Source of the DNA: a virus
Lineage: Duplodnaviria > Caudoviricetes
Strand: one strand, 5' to 3'
DNA: 54,918 nt
Virus record (IMG/VR): IMGVR_UViG_3300021957_000050
Location: 1 to 54,918 of that record
Shown here: positions 38,626-48,742 of the stretch, piece by piece
How the letters are laid out: every line of letters begins with the position of its first letter
How positions within the stretch are numbered: position 1 is the first letter of the stretch
Translations under genes and position numbers: made by a program
The notes under the pieces: model-generated
Database searches by the model: none
What the model saw: the letters and a program-made list of their open reading frames with translations, nothing else
What the model was told of the DNA's origin: nothing

Positions 38626-41583
38626 ATGGCAGGTAACAGCATAAAATTCGAAGGTCCTTTAAACGCCAATTGTCTTAAACAGATAGAATTTAGACAAAAA
38701 ATAAATTCTAAACCTACAAAATCCATAGAAGAACTTTCTTTATTTAATAATAGAAGTGGGTGGGTTAAAGTAACTTCAGGAGTCAATCATATTGTCGGTG
38801 TAGACAATAAAGACCTAGCAAATAGAATATACGGTGAAGACACAGAAGACGCTAAAAAAGCCTTAATAGAGCATAGATCAGCAGGCGCTAAAGAAGCAAG
38901 TAATACTGTTTTAGTTGGAGGTATATTAAGGGAGGACCTGAAAGATGATGACGCTTCTTCAAAATATAGACAAGGTTTAAATTTTTTAGATGATAAATCT
39001 AGTAGTTACTCTAACTCAATAAGGGGATTTAAAGCAATGCCAGGAATAACGGACTTTTCAATTAAGTCCATGTCAATACAGAACGGCGCAATGAAACAAG
39101 TTGAGTTCAACTTAAAAGTAAACACAGTAGAAGACTTAGATATTATAGATACACTGTACTTCAGACCAGGGTATGACATATTGGTAGAATATGGTGCAAA
39201 TGTTTATATAGACGCTGACGGAGAAATAGAAAATCAAATTTATTCTGTTTCAAAAAAGTTTCTAAAAGGAGAAAGCTTATCACAAATAGAAGACCTAACT
39301 CAAAAATATAAAGAAAAAACAGGTGGTAACTATGAGGCAATATTTGGTAAAGTTGTTAATTTTTCTTGGGATTATAATTTAGATGGCAGTTATGATTGTT
39401 CAGTAAAAATAATTACCATGGGAGATTTAATAGAATCATTGGAAATTTTGGAACCTGTTACAAATGCTGAAATAAAAAAAGATGCTGAAGAAAACAGCAA
39501 TACAGGTTCAACAACAAAAGGAACTTATGATTGGTCTGATGCTATTTCTACAATGTTACTGGCACTTATGTGGGGTACTAAATCTGCTAGAAACCGTATA
39601 AAGAAAAAATATAATGTAGATGTTTTCAGATCAATAGAGTTAAAATCAGATAAAATACAAGGACAAGATGACGCAGAAAATAACTCTGATAAATCTAAAA
39701 ATTATCACTGGTATATTACATTAAGAGATTTTTTACACCTACTTAATGAGTATTTTATACCAGCTGGAACTAAACGTGACGGTAAACTTTTTAAATTTTC
39801 AACAGATTATTCGGAAAATGGATTTACCACTTTTCATGAACATATGTCAATTGATCCAGGAATATGCTTCCTTCCATATACTGGAACAGGAAAAGCTTGG
39901 TATTTTGATTCGGACAATTGGTTTTGGCGTAACAGCTTTTTTGATAACTTTTCAAATGCAGGAGGATTACCTCCTAAAGTATTTGTAGAAGGACATAAAA
40001 AACAAAAACAGAGATTTGGTGAAGACTATAATCCTAGAAGTCCACAAGCAATATGTTTAAACATAAACCACTTACTAGAAATTCAGAATAGTTTATTAGA
40101 AGAAGCAAAAAAGAACAGTAAAACCAAAATCTCAGTTTTCAATCTTCTAAAACAAATATTAGATGACTGTGAAACAGTTATGGGGGGTATTAACGATTTA
40201 GAAATTGTATACGATTCAGATAGAAACGAATGGAGCGTTAGAGATATAGGTATTCCTAAAAAAGTAACTAAAAAAACAGTACCTAAATTAAAAGTAACAG
40301 GTACAAGTTCTTTTGTTACAAATTTATCTATTAGGTCTAAAATTAGCAGTGCTATTAATAGTGCACTAGCAATAGCTGCAACTGCTACTAACGGATCATC
40401 CAGTAATACAAATTTATTACAGTTCAATAAAAACCTTTATAATAGGTACAATACGATTAGTCCAAACAGAACTGAAGTAACAAGAGCAAATGAGGGGGAG
40501 TATTTAGAAACTATTATTGGTCAAATTGGAGGAGCATTTGCAAGGTATGCTCAAGGACACTACGATAGGAGCAAATTCACAGATAATAACTCTAACTACT
40601 ACAGGTACTGCAAAGTCAGACTCGCAACTGAGCAAGATAAACAAAGAAGACAGTTTAGAGAAGTTGGGTTTCCTGGTGTTATACCTATAGAACTTTCCTT
40701 AACCGTAGACGGTATGACTAATTTTATACCAGCTGAATCATTTCAACTCAGCAAAGGAGTACTACCAGAACGTTATGACGATCAAGTATGTTTTAGGATT
40801 ACAGAAATAGGTCAAAAAATAAGTAATGATAATAAATGGTCAACTGAAATCAAGGGTATGATGACAATGCTAGCTACCAACAGCCCAATTTACCCTAAAC
40901 CAGTACGTGAAGAAAGACCAGCACCAGATACATCTAATGTTACGTACAGACCTAAAGAAACAACAAATAGAGGTGCTATAACACCTACTAATACTCCTTG
41001 GAGTGCAGCATTTATCTCCTACATAGCACTTAAAGGAGATTCAAATTTCCCGAAAGCTGCAGCACATACTAAATATGCACAAGCAGCTAGAAGTGCTCCT
41101 AACTGGAAAGCTTTACCTGCAAGTTCAACTTCACCTCAATTGGGTGATATAATAATTAAAGGAAGAAACGGTAACACTCTAAACTTTAGTTCTTCTAGAT
41201 GGAGCGGATATTCTCATGGAGATTTAGTTACTTATATATCTCAACCTACCAACTTTGTTGAAAAAGCAGGTAAAAAATACAATACAATAGGAGGAAATGT
41301 AAACCACACAGTTAAGAAAAAATTCTTTACAGCAGATTCTGACGGTTATTATGGAAATGGTATGGTTATAGTATTAAGACCACAAGCAGGTGTAAATGTA
41401 CAGGCTATGATTAATGCAGCTACTAAAGAATGGAAGGTATGGCATGAAGATACGAAGAACCAGAAGGTAGATCAAGAACATACGGCTAATAGAAGTGGAC
41501 CAAGATCTCCATTAATATTTGAAAGACTAAAAACATACTGGGCATCAGTAAACTATTCTAACTTCCAAAAAGATACAGCATAA
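38626..41583 (+). CDS. Baseplate hub-like protein fused to a DUF2272/CHAP-like cell-wall hydrolase domain
   Basis: MPGI, YFRPG..ILVEYG and G.VVNFSW...DGSYDC hub motifs; C-terminal PWSAAFIS, GDII..R, SHGD.V and IGGNV. Confidence 0.7.
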   Translation: MAGNSIKFEGPLNANCLKQIEFRQKINSKPTKSIEELSLFNNRSGWVKVTSGVNHIVGVDNKDLANRIYGEDTEDAKKALIEHRSAGAKEASNTVLVGGILREDLKDDDASSKYRQGLNFLDDKSSSYSNSIRGFKAMPGITDFSIKSMSIQNGAMKQVEFNLKVNTVEDLDIIDTLYFRPGYDILVEYGANVYIDADGEIENQIYSVSKKFLKGESLSQIEDLTQKYKEKTGGNYEAIFGKVVNFSWDYNLDGSYDCSVKIITMGDLIESLEILEPVTNAEIKKDAEENSNTGSTTKGTYDWSDAISTMLLALMWGTKSARNRIKKKYNVDVFRSIELKSDKIQGQDDAENNSDKSKNYHWYITLRDFLHLLNEYFIPAGTKRDGKLFKFSTDYSENGFTTFHEHMSIDPGICFLPYTGTGKAWYFDSDNWFWRNSFFDNFSNAGGLPPKVFVEGHKKQKQRFGEDYNPRSPQAICLNINHLLEIQNSLLEEAKKNSKTKISVFNLLKQILDDCETVMGGINDLEIVYDSDRNEWSVRDIGIPKKVTKKTVPKLKVTGTSSFVTNLSIRSKISSAINSALAIAATATNGSSSNTNLLQFNKNLYNRYNTISPNRTEVTRANEGEYLETIIGQIGGAFARYAQGHYDRSKFTDNNSNYYRYCKVRLATEQDKQRRQFREVGFPGVIPIELSLTVDGMTNFIPAESFQLSKGVLPERYDDQVCFRITEIGQKISNDNKWSTEIKGMMTMLATNSPIYPKPVREERPAPDTSNVTYRPKETTNRGAITPTNTPWSAAFISYIALKGDSNFPKAAAHTKYAQAARSAPNWKALPASSTSPQLGDIIIKGRNGNTLNFSSSRWSGYSHGDLVTYISQPTNFVEKAGKKYNTIGGNVNHTVKKKFFTADSDGYYGNGMVIVLRPQAGVNVQAMINAATKEWKVWHEDTKNQKVDQEHTANRSGPRSPLIFERLKTYWASVNYSNFQKDTA

Positions 41584-42413
41584 TGTGGTTACCTATATTT
41601 AAATATCTGTTAAAATTTGCTAAATTAGGAATGTTCGCATTCAAAGGTACTGGGCAGGAATACCAAGGCCCGTATGTTGAGACGAATACCGGTAAATTGT
41701 ACGCTGGAGAATCCCCAACAGATACTGGACTTGAACTAATTTCAATAGACAATAACGATACATTGACTATAGGAAACGTATCAACTCCTTTTGAATCTGA
41801 AACAGTATTCCCTACCCCTGAAGACTATGCAAGAGGTTTTATGTTAAGGTATTTCCTTAAAAACCTCACTACAGGTAAGATAGTAGAAGTAAAAAATAAC
41901 AGCTATACAAAATTAATCAAAAAGAATTACTATAAAGGGGATATTTTAAAATGGATTCTAACCAAACCAGCTAAAGACATATTTAGCCAAGGCTACTTAT
42001 ATAAAGGAGCTATTACTAGAAATAAATCTAATACTAAACAAATATCCTTTAATATAACAGGATTAGATACCTTTATCACAGAGTATGATAAATTCGTTAA
42101 TATAGAATCTGATATAAAAGGTTTTAAATTTGAAGAACTTCCTAAAAAAGAGAAGATTAGAATAATTAAGCAACAGAGACCTAACATACAGAGGCCTCCA
42201 AAAGTTAAACCAAAAGCATTCTTAAAACCAGAGCCTGTAAATAATGCACCCACTATCCCTATCTCCCAATCTAATTCTCCATCTGGTGGAGGATCTACCG
42301 GTGGCGGTGGTGGAGGATTAAATCAATCCTTTGATGAAGTAATAAGTGACTCTGATAATTCATCAATGGGCAACAACAATCTAACAAGTAATTCAGCAAA
42401 TAACTATTATTAG
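41583..42413 (+). CDS. Hypothetical baseplate-region protein
   Basis: Y.GPY...G..YAG and P.PT..DY.RGF..RYF motifs; low-complexity S/G/N tail. Confidence 0.6.
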   Translation: MWLPIFKYLLKFAKLGMFAFKGTGQEYQGPYVETNTGKLYAGESPTDTGLELISIDNNDTLTIGNVSTPFESETVFPTPEDYARGFMLRYFLKNLTTGKIVEVKNNSYTKLIKKNYYKGDILKWILTKPAKDIFSQGYLYKGAITRNKSNTKQISFNITGLDTFITEYDKFVNIESDIKGFKFEELPKKEKIRIIKQQRPNIQRPPKVKPKAFLKPEPVNNAPTIPISQSNSPSGGGSTGGGGGGLNQSFDEVISDSDNSSMGNNNLTSNSANNYY

Positions 42414-42442
42414 TTTGTAATTCAATTTATTTTTCTTATATT
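42414..42442 (+). promoter_or_regulatory. Class 1 promoter variant (TTTG-N15-TTCTTATATT) before the polymerase
   Basis: Motif match with a 15-nt spacer. Confidence 0.6.
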
Positions 42443-42460
42443 ATATAAAAGGTTATAATA

Positions 42461-43786
42461 ATGTTTTATATAGTTGAAGAATCTTACAAGTTAGAACGCT
42501 TAGAAAAGCTAATGAGGCTTGGCTGCTATGTAGATATTATACCTACACATGATCTTCATCACCCTAAATTAACAACTACAGTAGCAGTTTACATAAGAAT
42601 ACTAAAAAGTCAACACGGCTATATAATTCCTATAGACCACGAAGAATGTATCAATGTAGATAAACAACGTATCTACGATATTCTTTCTAAATGCAATAAA
42701 CTATATACATTAGATAAGAAAAAACTACTCTATCATTTTAATTTACAGGGAGCAATAGATATATCTTTAGTATATAGTATGGTAAAATACGAAAGATTAG
42801 ACATAACTAAAACTAATTCCACAGTTAATTATTTTTATAATAAATTTAGGGAGTTTCCACATATTAATAAACTAATACCTATATCTAAACATTTCGAAGT
42901 TTGTGAAAAAGCATATGAAGCGGTAAGTCCTGTATTAGATATTGAAATCCCCTCTGGATTTGATTTTTATAATAATACGGCTACTAATGTATTTTTCTTA
43001 TTAGAGCAACATGGTATTGGAATAGATTATGATAAATTTCTGGAGAACTTTACTCCAAGAGATCCCGTATACAATATTAAGAACAATAAAGTTTTAACCT
43101 TTTATAATTTATATAATGCTACTTCCAGACCTACTAATGCTTTCAACAGCGTTAATTTCGCTGCTATACCTAAAAGTGAGCAGCATCGAAACTGTTTCCA
43201 CCCGACCAATGATTACTTTGTTGAGTTTGATTTTGATGGTTATCACCTTAGGTTACTTTGTAATCAGATTGGATATGAACTTACCCCTGAGTCTGCTCAT
43301 AAGCAACTAGCAAAACATTACTTTGGAACTGAAGATATTACTGATGAACAGTATATTGAAGCTAAACAAATTAATTTTCAAGCTATATACGGTAAAATAC
43401 CAGAAGAACATAAAAATTTAAAAATATTTAAACTAATACAGGAATATATTGATAATATGTGGGCAGTCTATAAAGACAAAGGAGTAGTAAGTAATCCTCA
43501 ATCAGGAAAACCGTTTACTAACAACCTTAAAGACACTCATCCAGCTAAGTTAATGAATTATATGATGCAATCGTTGGAAACCTCAAATAATATTCTTATA
43601 TTGAAAGAAGTACTGCGATACTTAAGAAATAAAAAGACTAAAATATCGCTTTATACATATGATGCTATCTTATTTGATTTTAGTAAAGAAGACGGCAAAG
43701 AGACTTTAAATGAACTGAAAGATATACTAGAAAGCGGTAAAAAATATCCAGTAAAATTTAAGTACAATAAAAATTTAGTTTTGTAG
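42461..43786 (+). CDS. Short family A DNA polymerase-like protein
   Basis: T.RP.N....NF; motif A EFDFDGYHLRL; motif B AKQINFQAIYG; motif C YTYDAILFD. Confidence 0.8.
   Translation: MFYIVEESYKLERLEKLMRLGCYVDIIPTHDLHHPKLTTTVAVYIRILKSQHGYIIPIDHEECINVDKQRIYDILSKCNKLYTLDKKKLLYHFNLQGAIDISLVYSMVKYERLDITKTNSTVNYFYNKFREFPHINKLIPISKHFEVCEKAYEAVSPVLDIEIPSGFDFYNNTATNVFFLLEQHGIGIDYDKFLENFTPRDPVYNIKNNKVLTFYNLYNATSRPTNAFNSVNFAAIPKSEQHRNCFHPTNDYFVEFDFDGYHLRLLCNQIGYELTPESAHKQLAKHYFGTEDITDEQYIEAKQINFQAIYGKIPEEHKNLKIFKLIQEYIDNMWAVYKDKGVVSNPQSGKPFTNNLKDTHPAKLMNYMMQSLETSNNILILKEVLRYLRNKKTKISLYTYDAILFDFSKEDGKETLNELKDILESGKKYPVKFKYNKNLVL
43573..43602 (+). promoter_or_regulatory. Class 1 promoter inside the polymerase gene
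   Basis: Exact GTTG-N16-TTCTTATATT about 200 nt upstream of the 43808 gene. Confidence 0.55.
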
Positions 43787-43807
43787 AACAGTTTATATTT
43801 ATAATAA

Positions 43808-44263
43808 ATGCGAGTAGATACGGATTTTTCAGTCGATTATGATTTCGACGACATTTTTTTAAGTGGTGATATGAGTAACAAATTGTTCTGTACGTTTTCG
43901 ACCCAAGAGAATTTAGAAAACGTCCTTACTTCAATACAGGAAAGATATAAGATTATATATAGTAAGATCTTTGTACTTTATTCTAAAAGTCAAGATGAAT
44001 ATATATGTACTTATAACGTTGATTTCGGTAATGTCTCAGCTTTCTTAGATAATACTATCTTGGTTCATAGAAAGAAAGAAACAAATACCCTCTACACAAT
44101 CAATGCTCTTAATACACTCATAAAACAGCTCAATGGCGGACAGCTTGACTCTTCTTATAGGATCAATTGGGCGGATTACAGAAACTGCGTACTTTTAACC
44201 AAAGGACCAGAATTAAAAAGGATAAATACTAAATTATTTAACATAATAGAGTTGGATAATTGA
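43808..44263 (+). CDS. Hypothetical protein
   Basis: 151-aa ORF in the replication operon with an LVHRKK..NTLYTINALN motif. Confidence 0.65.
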   Translation: MRVDTDFSVDYDFDDIFLSGDMSNKLFCTFSTQENLENVLTSIQERYKIIYSKIFVLYSKSQDEYICTYNVDFGNVSAFLDNTILVHRKKETNTLYTINALNTLIKQLNGGQLDSSYRINWADYRNCVLLTKGPELKRINTKLFNIIELDN

Positions 44264-44280
44264 TTTTTTATTCTTATATT
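44251..44280 (+). promoter_or_regulatory. Class 1 promoter before SSB
   Basis: Exact GTTG-N16-TTCTTATATT. Confidence 0.7.
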
Positions 44281-44312
44281 AATAGAGTAATACATTTAAA
44301 AATTAGTTATAT

Positions 44313-45110
44313 ATGGATATTAATGCAATCAAGGCTAAACTAGATGCCTTAAACAACAACGGTCAGGATAGAGAAAAGACTGACTACTCCAAGATTTTTT
44401 GGAAACCACAACTGGGCAAACAAACGTTACGTATTGTACCGTCTGCTTTTGACCCTGCATTTCCTTTTAAGGAATTGAAATTTCACTACGGAATCGGAAA
44501 GTATCCGATGGTAGCACTATCTAACTTTGGTAAGCAAGACCCTATTGAAGAGTTTGTTAAAGAGTTAAGAAAAACGAATGATAAAGATAACTGGTCTCTA
44601 TCAGGGAAAATCAGTCCTAAAACTAGGATATTTGCTCCAGTAATCGTTAGAGGAGAGGAGGACAAAGGAGTTCGACTTTGGGGATTCGGAATTACTATTT
44701 ATAAAGCTTTATTAGCTTTAGCAGAAGATGAAGACATCGGAGATTTTACAGATGTAATCAACGGATGGGATATGGTAGTTGAACAAACTCAAGGTAACCC
44801 TTACCCTGAAACTACAGTTAGGATTAAACCTAAACAAACTCCCTTATCAGATAATAACGACTTAGTAGATACTTGGTTAAAAACTCAACCTAACCCAGTA
44901 GAAGTACATAGTCAATACGATTATGATTTTATTAAAAAACAACTTCAAAACTATCTAAACCCAGGTTCAGGAGACGAAACGACTGAAACACCTGCTAAAG
45001 ATAAACTGCCAGAAAGCTTAGGTCAACAAAAAACTGACTTTACTTTGGAAACAGCTACGGCTGGCAACAAAGACACAGTAAGTAAATTTGATGATCTATT
45101 TAACGAATAA
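44313..45110 (+). CDS. Single-stranded DNA-binding protein (gp32-like)
   Basis: FWKP..G...RI.P, FHY and G..LW.FG motifs; acidic C-terminus FDDLFNE; next to the recombinase. Confidence 0.75.
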   Translation: MDINAIKAKLDALNNNGQDREKTDYSKIFWKPQLGKQTLRIVPSAFDPAFPFKELKFHYGIGKYPMVALSNFGKQDPIEEFVKELRKTNDKDNWSLSGKISPKTRIFAPVIVRGEEDKGVRLWGFGITIYKALLALAEDEDIGDFTDVINGWDMVVEQTQGNPYPETTVRIKPKQTPLSDNNDLVDTWLKTQPNPVEVHSQYDYDFIKKQLQNYLNPGSGDETTETPAKDKLPESLGQQKTDFTLETATAGNKDTVSKFDDLFNE

Positions 45111-45112
45111 AC

Positions 45113-46186
45113 ATGGCAAAAAAGAAAGAAGAAGTAAAAGCAAGAGCGACTGCTGCTGTACAGAAGTCGTTTAATTTAGGAAATTTTAAAAAGAAAAAAG
45201 GTTTTTCGAATGCTTCCGTAAAGTTTAAAGAGCAAGGATGGATTCCTTTATCTAAAGCTTTTCAAGACATTACCTCTCTTCCCGGTATTCCAACTGGTCA
45301 CATAACTCTCTTAAGAGGACATAGTGATACTGGAAAAACAACAGCTCTAATTGAAGCAGCAGTCAATGCCCAGAAAATGGGTATACTGCCTGTCTTCATT
45401 ATTACGGAGATGAAATGGTCATGGGACCATGCTAAAGAGATGGGCTTACAGTTTGAAGAGACTAAAGATGAGCATGGTAATGTTACGGATTACGAAGGAC
45501 ATTTTTTATATGCAGATAGAGGTCAATTAAATACTATCGAAGATGTAGCAGTTTATATTGCTGATCTTATGGACGAACAAGCTAAAGGTAACTTACCTTA
45601 TGATATGTGTTTCTTCTGGGATAGTATTGGTTCTGTACCTTGTGACTTATCAGTACGTTCTAATAAGAATAACAACGAATGGAATGCTGGTGCGATGTCT
45701 ACTCAATTTGGTAATAATCTTAACCAAAAGATTCTATTATCTAGAAAAGAGAATTCACCGTATACAAATACTATGGTAGCTATTAATAAAGTCTGGACTA
45801 TGAAACCAGAACACCCTATGGGACAACCTAAATTGCAAAATAAAGGAGGTATGTCTATGTGGTACGATGCTACTCTAGTAATTACTTTTGGTAATATCAC
45901 CAACCCAGGAACTTCTAAAATAAAAGCAATTAAAAACGGTATGCAAGTTGAGTTTGCTAAACGTACTAACGTTCAAGTAGAGAAAAACCATATCGGAGGA
46001 GTACAGTCTAGAGGTAGAATTGTAATGACTCAACACGGCTTTATTGAAGATGATAAGAAAGCAATTGATAAGTATAGAGATGCTCACAAAGCTCACTGGC
46101 TAAAATTAGTTGGATCTGTAGACTTTGATCTTATTGAAGAAGGAGATTTAGAAGAAACACCAATATCTCCTAATTTACTAGATTAA
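45113..46186 (+). CDS. RecA/UvsX-like recombinase
   Basis: G.P.G.I..L.GHSDTGKT Walker A; FFWDSIG Walker B; KGG and KNH motifs. Confidence 0.85.
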   Translation: MAKKKEEVKARATAAVQKSFNLGNFKKKKGFSNASVKFKEQGWIPLSKAFQDITSLPGIPTGHITLLRGHSDTGKTTALIEAAVNAQKMGILPVFIITEMKWSWDHAKEMGLQFEETKDEHGNVTDYEGHFLYADRGQLNTIEDVAVYIADLMDEQAKGNLPYDMCFFWDSIGSVPCDLSVRSNKNNNEWNAGAMSTQFGNNLNQKILLSRKENSPYTNTMVAINKVWTMKPEHPMGQPKLQNKGGMSMWYDATLVITFGNITNPGTSKIKAIKNGMQVEFAKRTNVQVEKNHIGGVQSRGRIVMTQHGFIEDDKKAIDKYRDAHKAHWLKLVGSVDFDLIEEGDLEETPISPNLLD

Positions 46187-47214
46187 TGGCATACGAAAAT
46201 ATACTCAACAATTTAAAAGAGACCCCACCCCGTGAGTTGAACGATCATATCTTGATCGTAGATGCTATGAATATGTTAATTCGTAGTTTCTCTCTTCTCA
46301 AGGCGATGAACCCATCAGGCGCACATATCGGAGGCCTGGTGGGCTTCCTTCGCTCTTTAGGGTATGTTACCAGAATATTCGATCCTACCAGAGTGATAAT
46401 AGTTTGGGATGGTAAAGGAGGTTCTGCTAATAGAAAGAACATTGACCCTAATTACAAAGCTCAAAGAGCAACCAGTAGGATAACCCACTGGGGACTTTAT
46501 GACAGTAAACAGGAAGAAATGGAAGCTCTTATTGGACAATTGCATAGAACGCAAGACTATCTAGATTGCTTACCAGTCCAGCAGTTAATGATGGAGAAAT
46601 TAGAAGCAGACGATATAATAGCATATATTGCTAAAAGAGCTTCAATTAGTAATGTTAAAAAGTGCACTATTATTTCATCAGATAAGGATTTTTTACAGTT
46701 AGTGGATGATACTGTTGAAGTATATGCACCTATCAAAAAGAAAACCTTTACTGAGAGTAATATATTCGATGAACTTAAGGTATTACCGGAAAATTACAAC
46801 ATAGTTAAAGCGTTATTAGGAGATAATTCCGATAATTTAGCAGGAGTAAAAGGATTAGGTATAAAAACCATACTTTCAGAGTTCCCTAAACTAGCTAAAG
46901 AACCTAATATGAGTCTAGAGTACGTATACGATGTATGTGCTGAAAAATTAGAAGAGAAGAAGTTTAAGAAAATATTTCCTAAAATTATAACGGAATGGGA
47001 TAGAGTTGAAACCAACTTTAAACTTATGGACTTGAATGTCTCTGATTTAGACGATAAAGAGAAGGAGTATGTTATGGATGTTCTTAGAGCATCACTTCCG
47101 GACTTGCAAACAGGTGCTTTTCTAAGGCAGTTAGAGCAGGATAAAATTGAAGGTATTACAAAAAATACCGAAGGATGGTTAGAGAACTTCAGAGGACTCA
47201 CAACAGTAAAATAA
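46186..47214 (+). CDS. 5'-3' exonuclease / flap endonuclease (T4 RNase H-like)
   Basis: IVDAMN, WDG, YKAQR, EADD, SSDKDFLQL and LGDNSDNL.GVKG.G.KT motifs. Confidence 0.9.
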   Translation: MAYENILNNLKETPPRELNDHILIVDAMNMLIRSFSLLKAMNPSGAHIGGLVGFLRSLGYVTRIFDPTRVIIVWDGKGGSANRKNIDPNYKAQRATSRITHWGLYDSKQEEMEALIGQLHRTQDYLDCLPVQQLMMEKLEADDIIAYIAKRASISNVKKCTIISSDKDFLQLVDDTVEVYAPIKKKTFTESNIFDELKVLPENYNIVKALLGDNSDNLAGVKGLGIKTILSEFPKLAKEPNMSLEYVYDVCAEKLEEKKFKKIFPKIITEWDRVETNFKLMDLNVSDLDDKEKEYVMDVLRASLPDLQTGAFLRQLEQDKIEGITKNTEGWLENFRGLTTVK

Positions 47215-47247
47215 ACTGCTCTTTTAGTAAATATATACACTAAAACA

Positions 47248-47277
47248 GTTGCTTATTAAATTAAAATTAACTATATT
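47248..47277 (+). promoter_or_regulatory. Class 1 promoter variant before the helicase
   Basis: GTTG-N16-TAACTATATT. Confidence 0.6.
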
Positions 47278-47294
47278 GAAATAAAGGTTATAAT

Positions 47295-48653
47295 ATGACA
47301 TTAAAGAGTTTACAACAATACGGAAAGGGGTTTCAATTAAAAGTTTTAGGGTCATTACTGACAGATAAAACGTTCTTATTAAACGTAAGAGATGTTTTAA
47401 CTGAAGACTACTTCGATTCAGATGCACATAAGTGGATTATTAACGAAATTATGAGATATTTCGACAACTACCACACTACTGTGACTATGGATGTTTTAAA
47501 AGTAGAGCTTCAAAAACTAGATAATGATATCCTACAAGTAGCTTTAAAAGAGGAATTGAGAAATTCTTATGCTGCTTCCCAAGATGATTTAGAGTACGTT
47601 CAAGAAGAGTTTACTAACTTCTGTAAAAACCAAGAAATGAAAGCAGCAATACTTAATTCTGCTGATTTACTTAAAGAAGGTGATTTTGACGGTATCAGAA
47701 ATGTAGTAGAGAAAGCTATGAAAGCTGGTATGGATAAAAATATTGGACATGAGTACAATAAGGATATAGAAAGTAGATATAGAGAGAATTATAGACCAAC
47801 TATACCCACTCCTTGGCCGGTTCTTAACGAAGGAATACAAGGTGGGTTTGGACCAGGAGATTTAGCTATTGTTTTTGGTAACCCAGGTGGTGGAAAGAGT
47901 TGGACTTGTGTTGCAATGGCTGCTCATGCAGTAAAGATGGGTCATAACGTTAACTACTATACTTTAGAATTAGGAGAAGATTATGTTGGTAAACGATTTG
48001 ATTGCTACTTTACAGGTTACTCTATAGATGAAGTAAACAGCCATAGAAAAGACGTACAGAAAAAAGTTGACGGCTTGAAAGGTAAGCTTATAGTTAAGGA
48101 ATATCCACCAAAAGGAGCAACTGTAAATACTATAAAATCTCATATACAGAAATGTATAGATATGGAACATAAACCAGATTTGATTGTAATTGATTATGTT
48201 GACTACTTAAGAGCTCCCTCTAAAGGTAAATTCTCAGAACGTAAAGATGAAATTGACGATGTATTTATCGCTACTAAAGGATTAGCTAAAGAATTCCAGA
48301 TACCAGTAATTACTCCTTCTCAAGTAAATAGAATGGGTGCTAAAGATTCTGTAATTGAAGGAGATAAAGCTGCTGGTTCGTACGATAAGATGATGGTAGC
48401 AGATATGTGTTTTTCTTTATCTAGAATGAAAGAAGATAAAGTGCTAGGTACAGGTCGATGGCATGTTATGAAAAATAGATACGGTATGGATGGTATGACG
48501 TATAATCTTAAGATGGATACTAATAATGGACATATTGAATTTGAAGGAAAAGCTGATATGGAAGATCTAGAGCCTAATGCTAATGGCGTCACTTCTACTC
48601 ATAAAGAGCTTGCAAAGAAATTTTTCAGTGTAGAACAAAGTAATAATGAATAA
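47295..48653 (+). CDS. DnaB-like replicative helicase (gp41-like)
   Basis: GNPGGGKS Walker A; YTLEL, IVIDYVD, SQVNR and KNRYG motifs. Confidence 0.9.
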   Translation: MTLKSLQQYGKGFQLKVLGSLLTDKTFLLNVRDVLTEDYFDSDAHKWIINEIMRYFDNYHTTVTMDVLKVELQKLDNDILQVALKEELRNSYAASQDDLEYVQEEFTNFCKNQEMKAAILNSADLLKEGDFDGIRNVVEKAMKAGMDKNIGHEYNKDIESRYRENYRPTIPTPWPVLNEGIQGGFGPGDLAIVFGNPGGGKSWTCVAMAAHAVKMGHNVNYYTLELGEDYVGKRFDCYFTGYSIDEVNSHRKDVQKKVDGLKGKLIVKEYPPKGATVNTIKSHIQKCIDMEHKPDLIVIDYVDYLRAPSKGKFSERKDEIDDVFIATKGLAKEFQIPVITPSQVNRMGAKDSVIEGDKAAGSYDKMMVADMCFSLSRMKEDKVLGTGRWHVMKNRYGMDGMTYNLKMDTNNGHIEFEGKADMEDLEPNANGVTSTHKELAKKFFSVEQSNNE

Positions 48654-48742
48654 GAGGCATATTTATAAAAGTATCCTCAAGATCTTTCTGACTGACTCTT
48701 GGGGATTCATTGTCTCAACAACCTAATAATATATAAAGATAT

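Noticed and set aside
42284-42320. GGT/GGA run encoding SGGGSTGGGGGG
   Set aside because: Low-complexity linker at the protein C-terminus; no evidence of another function.
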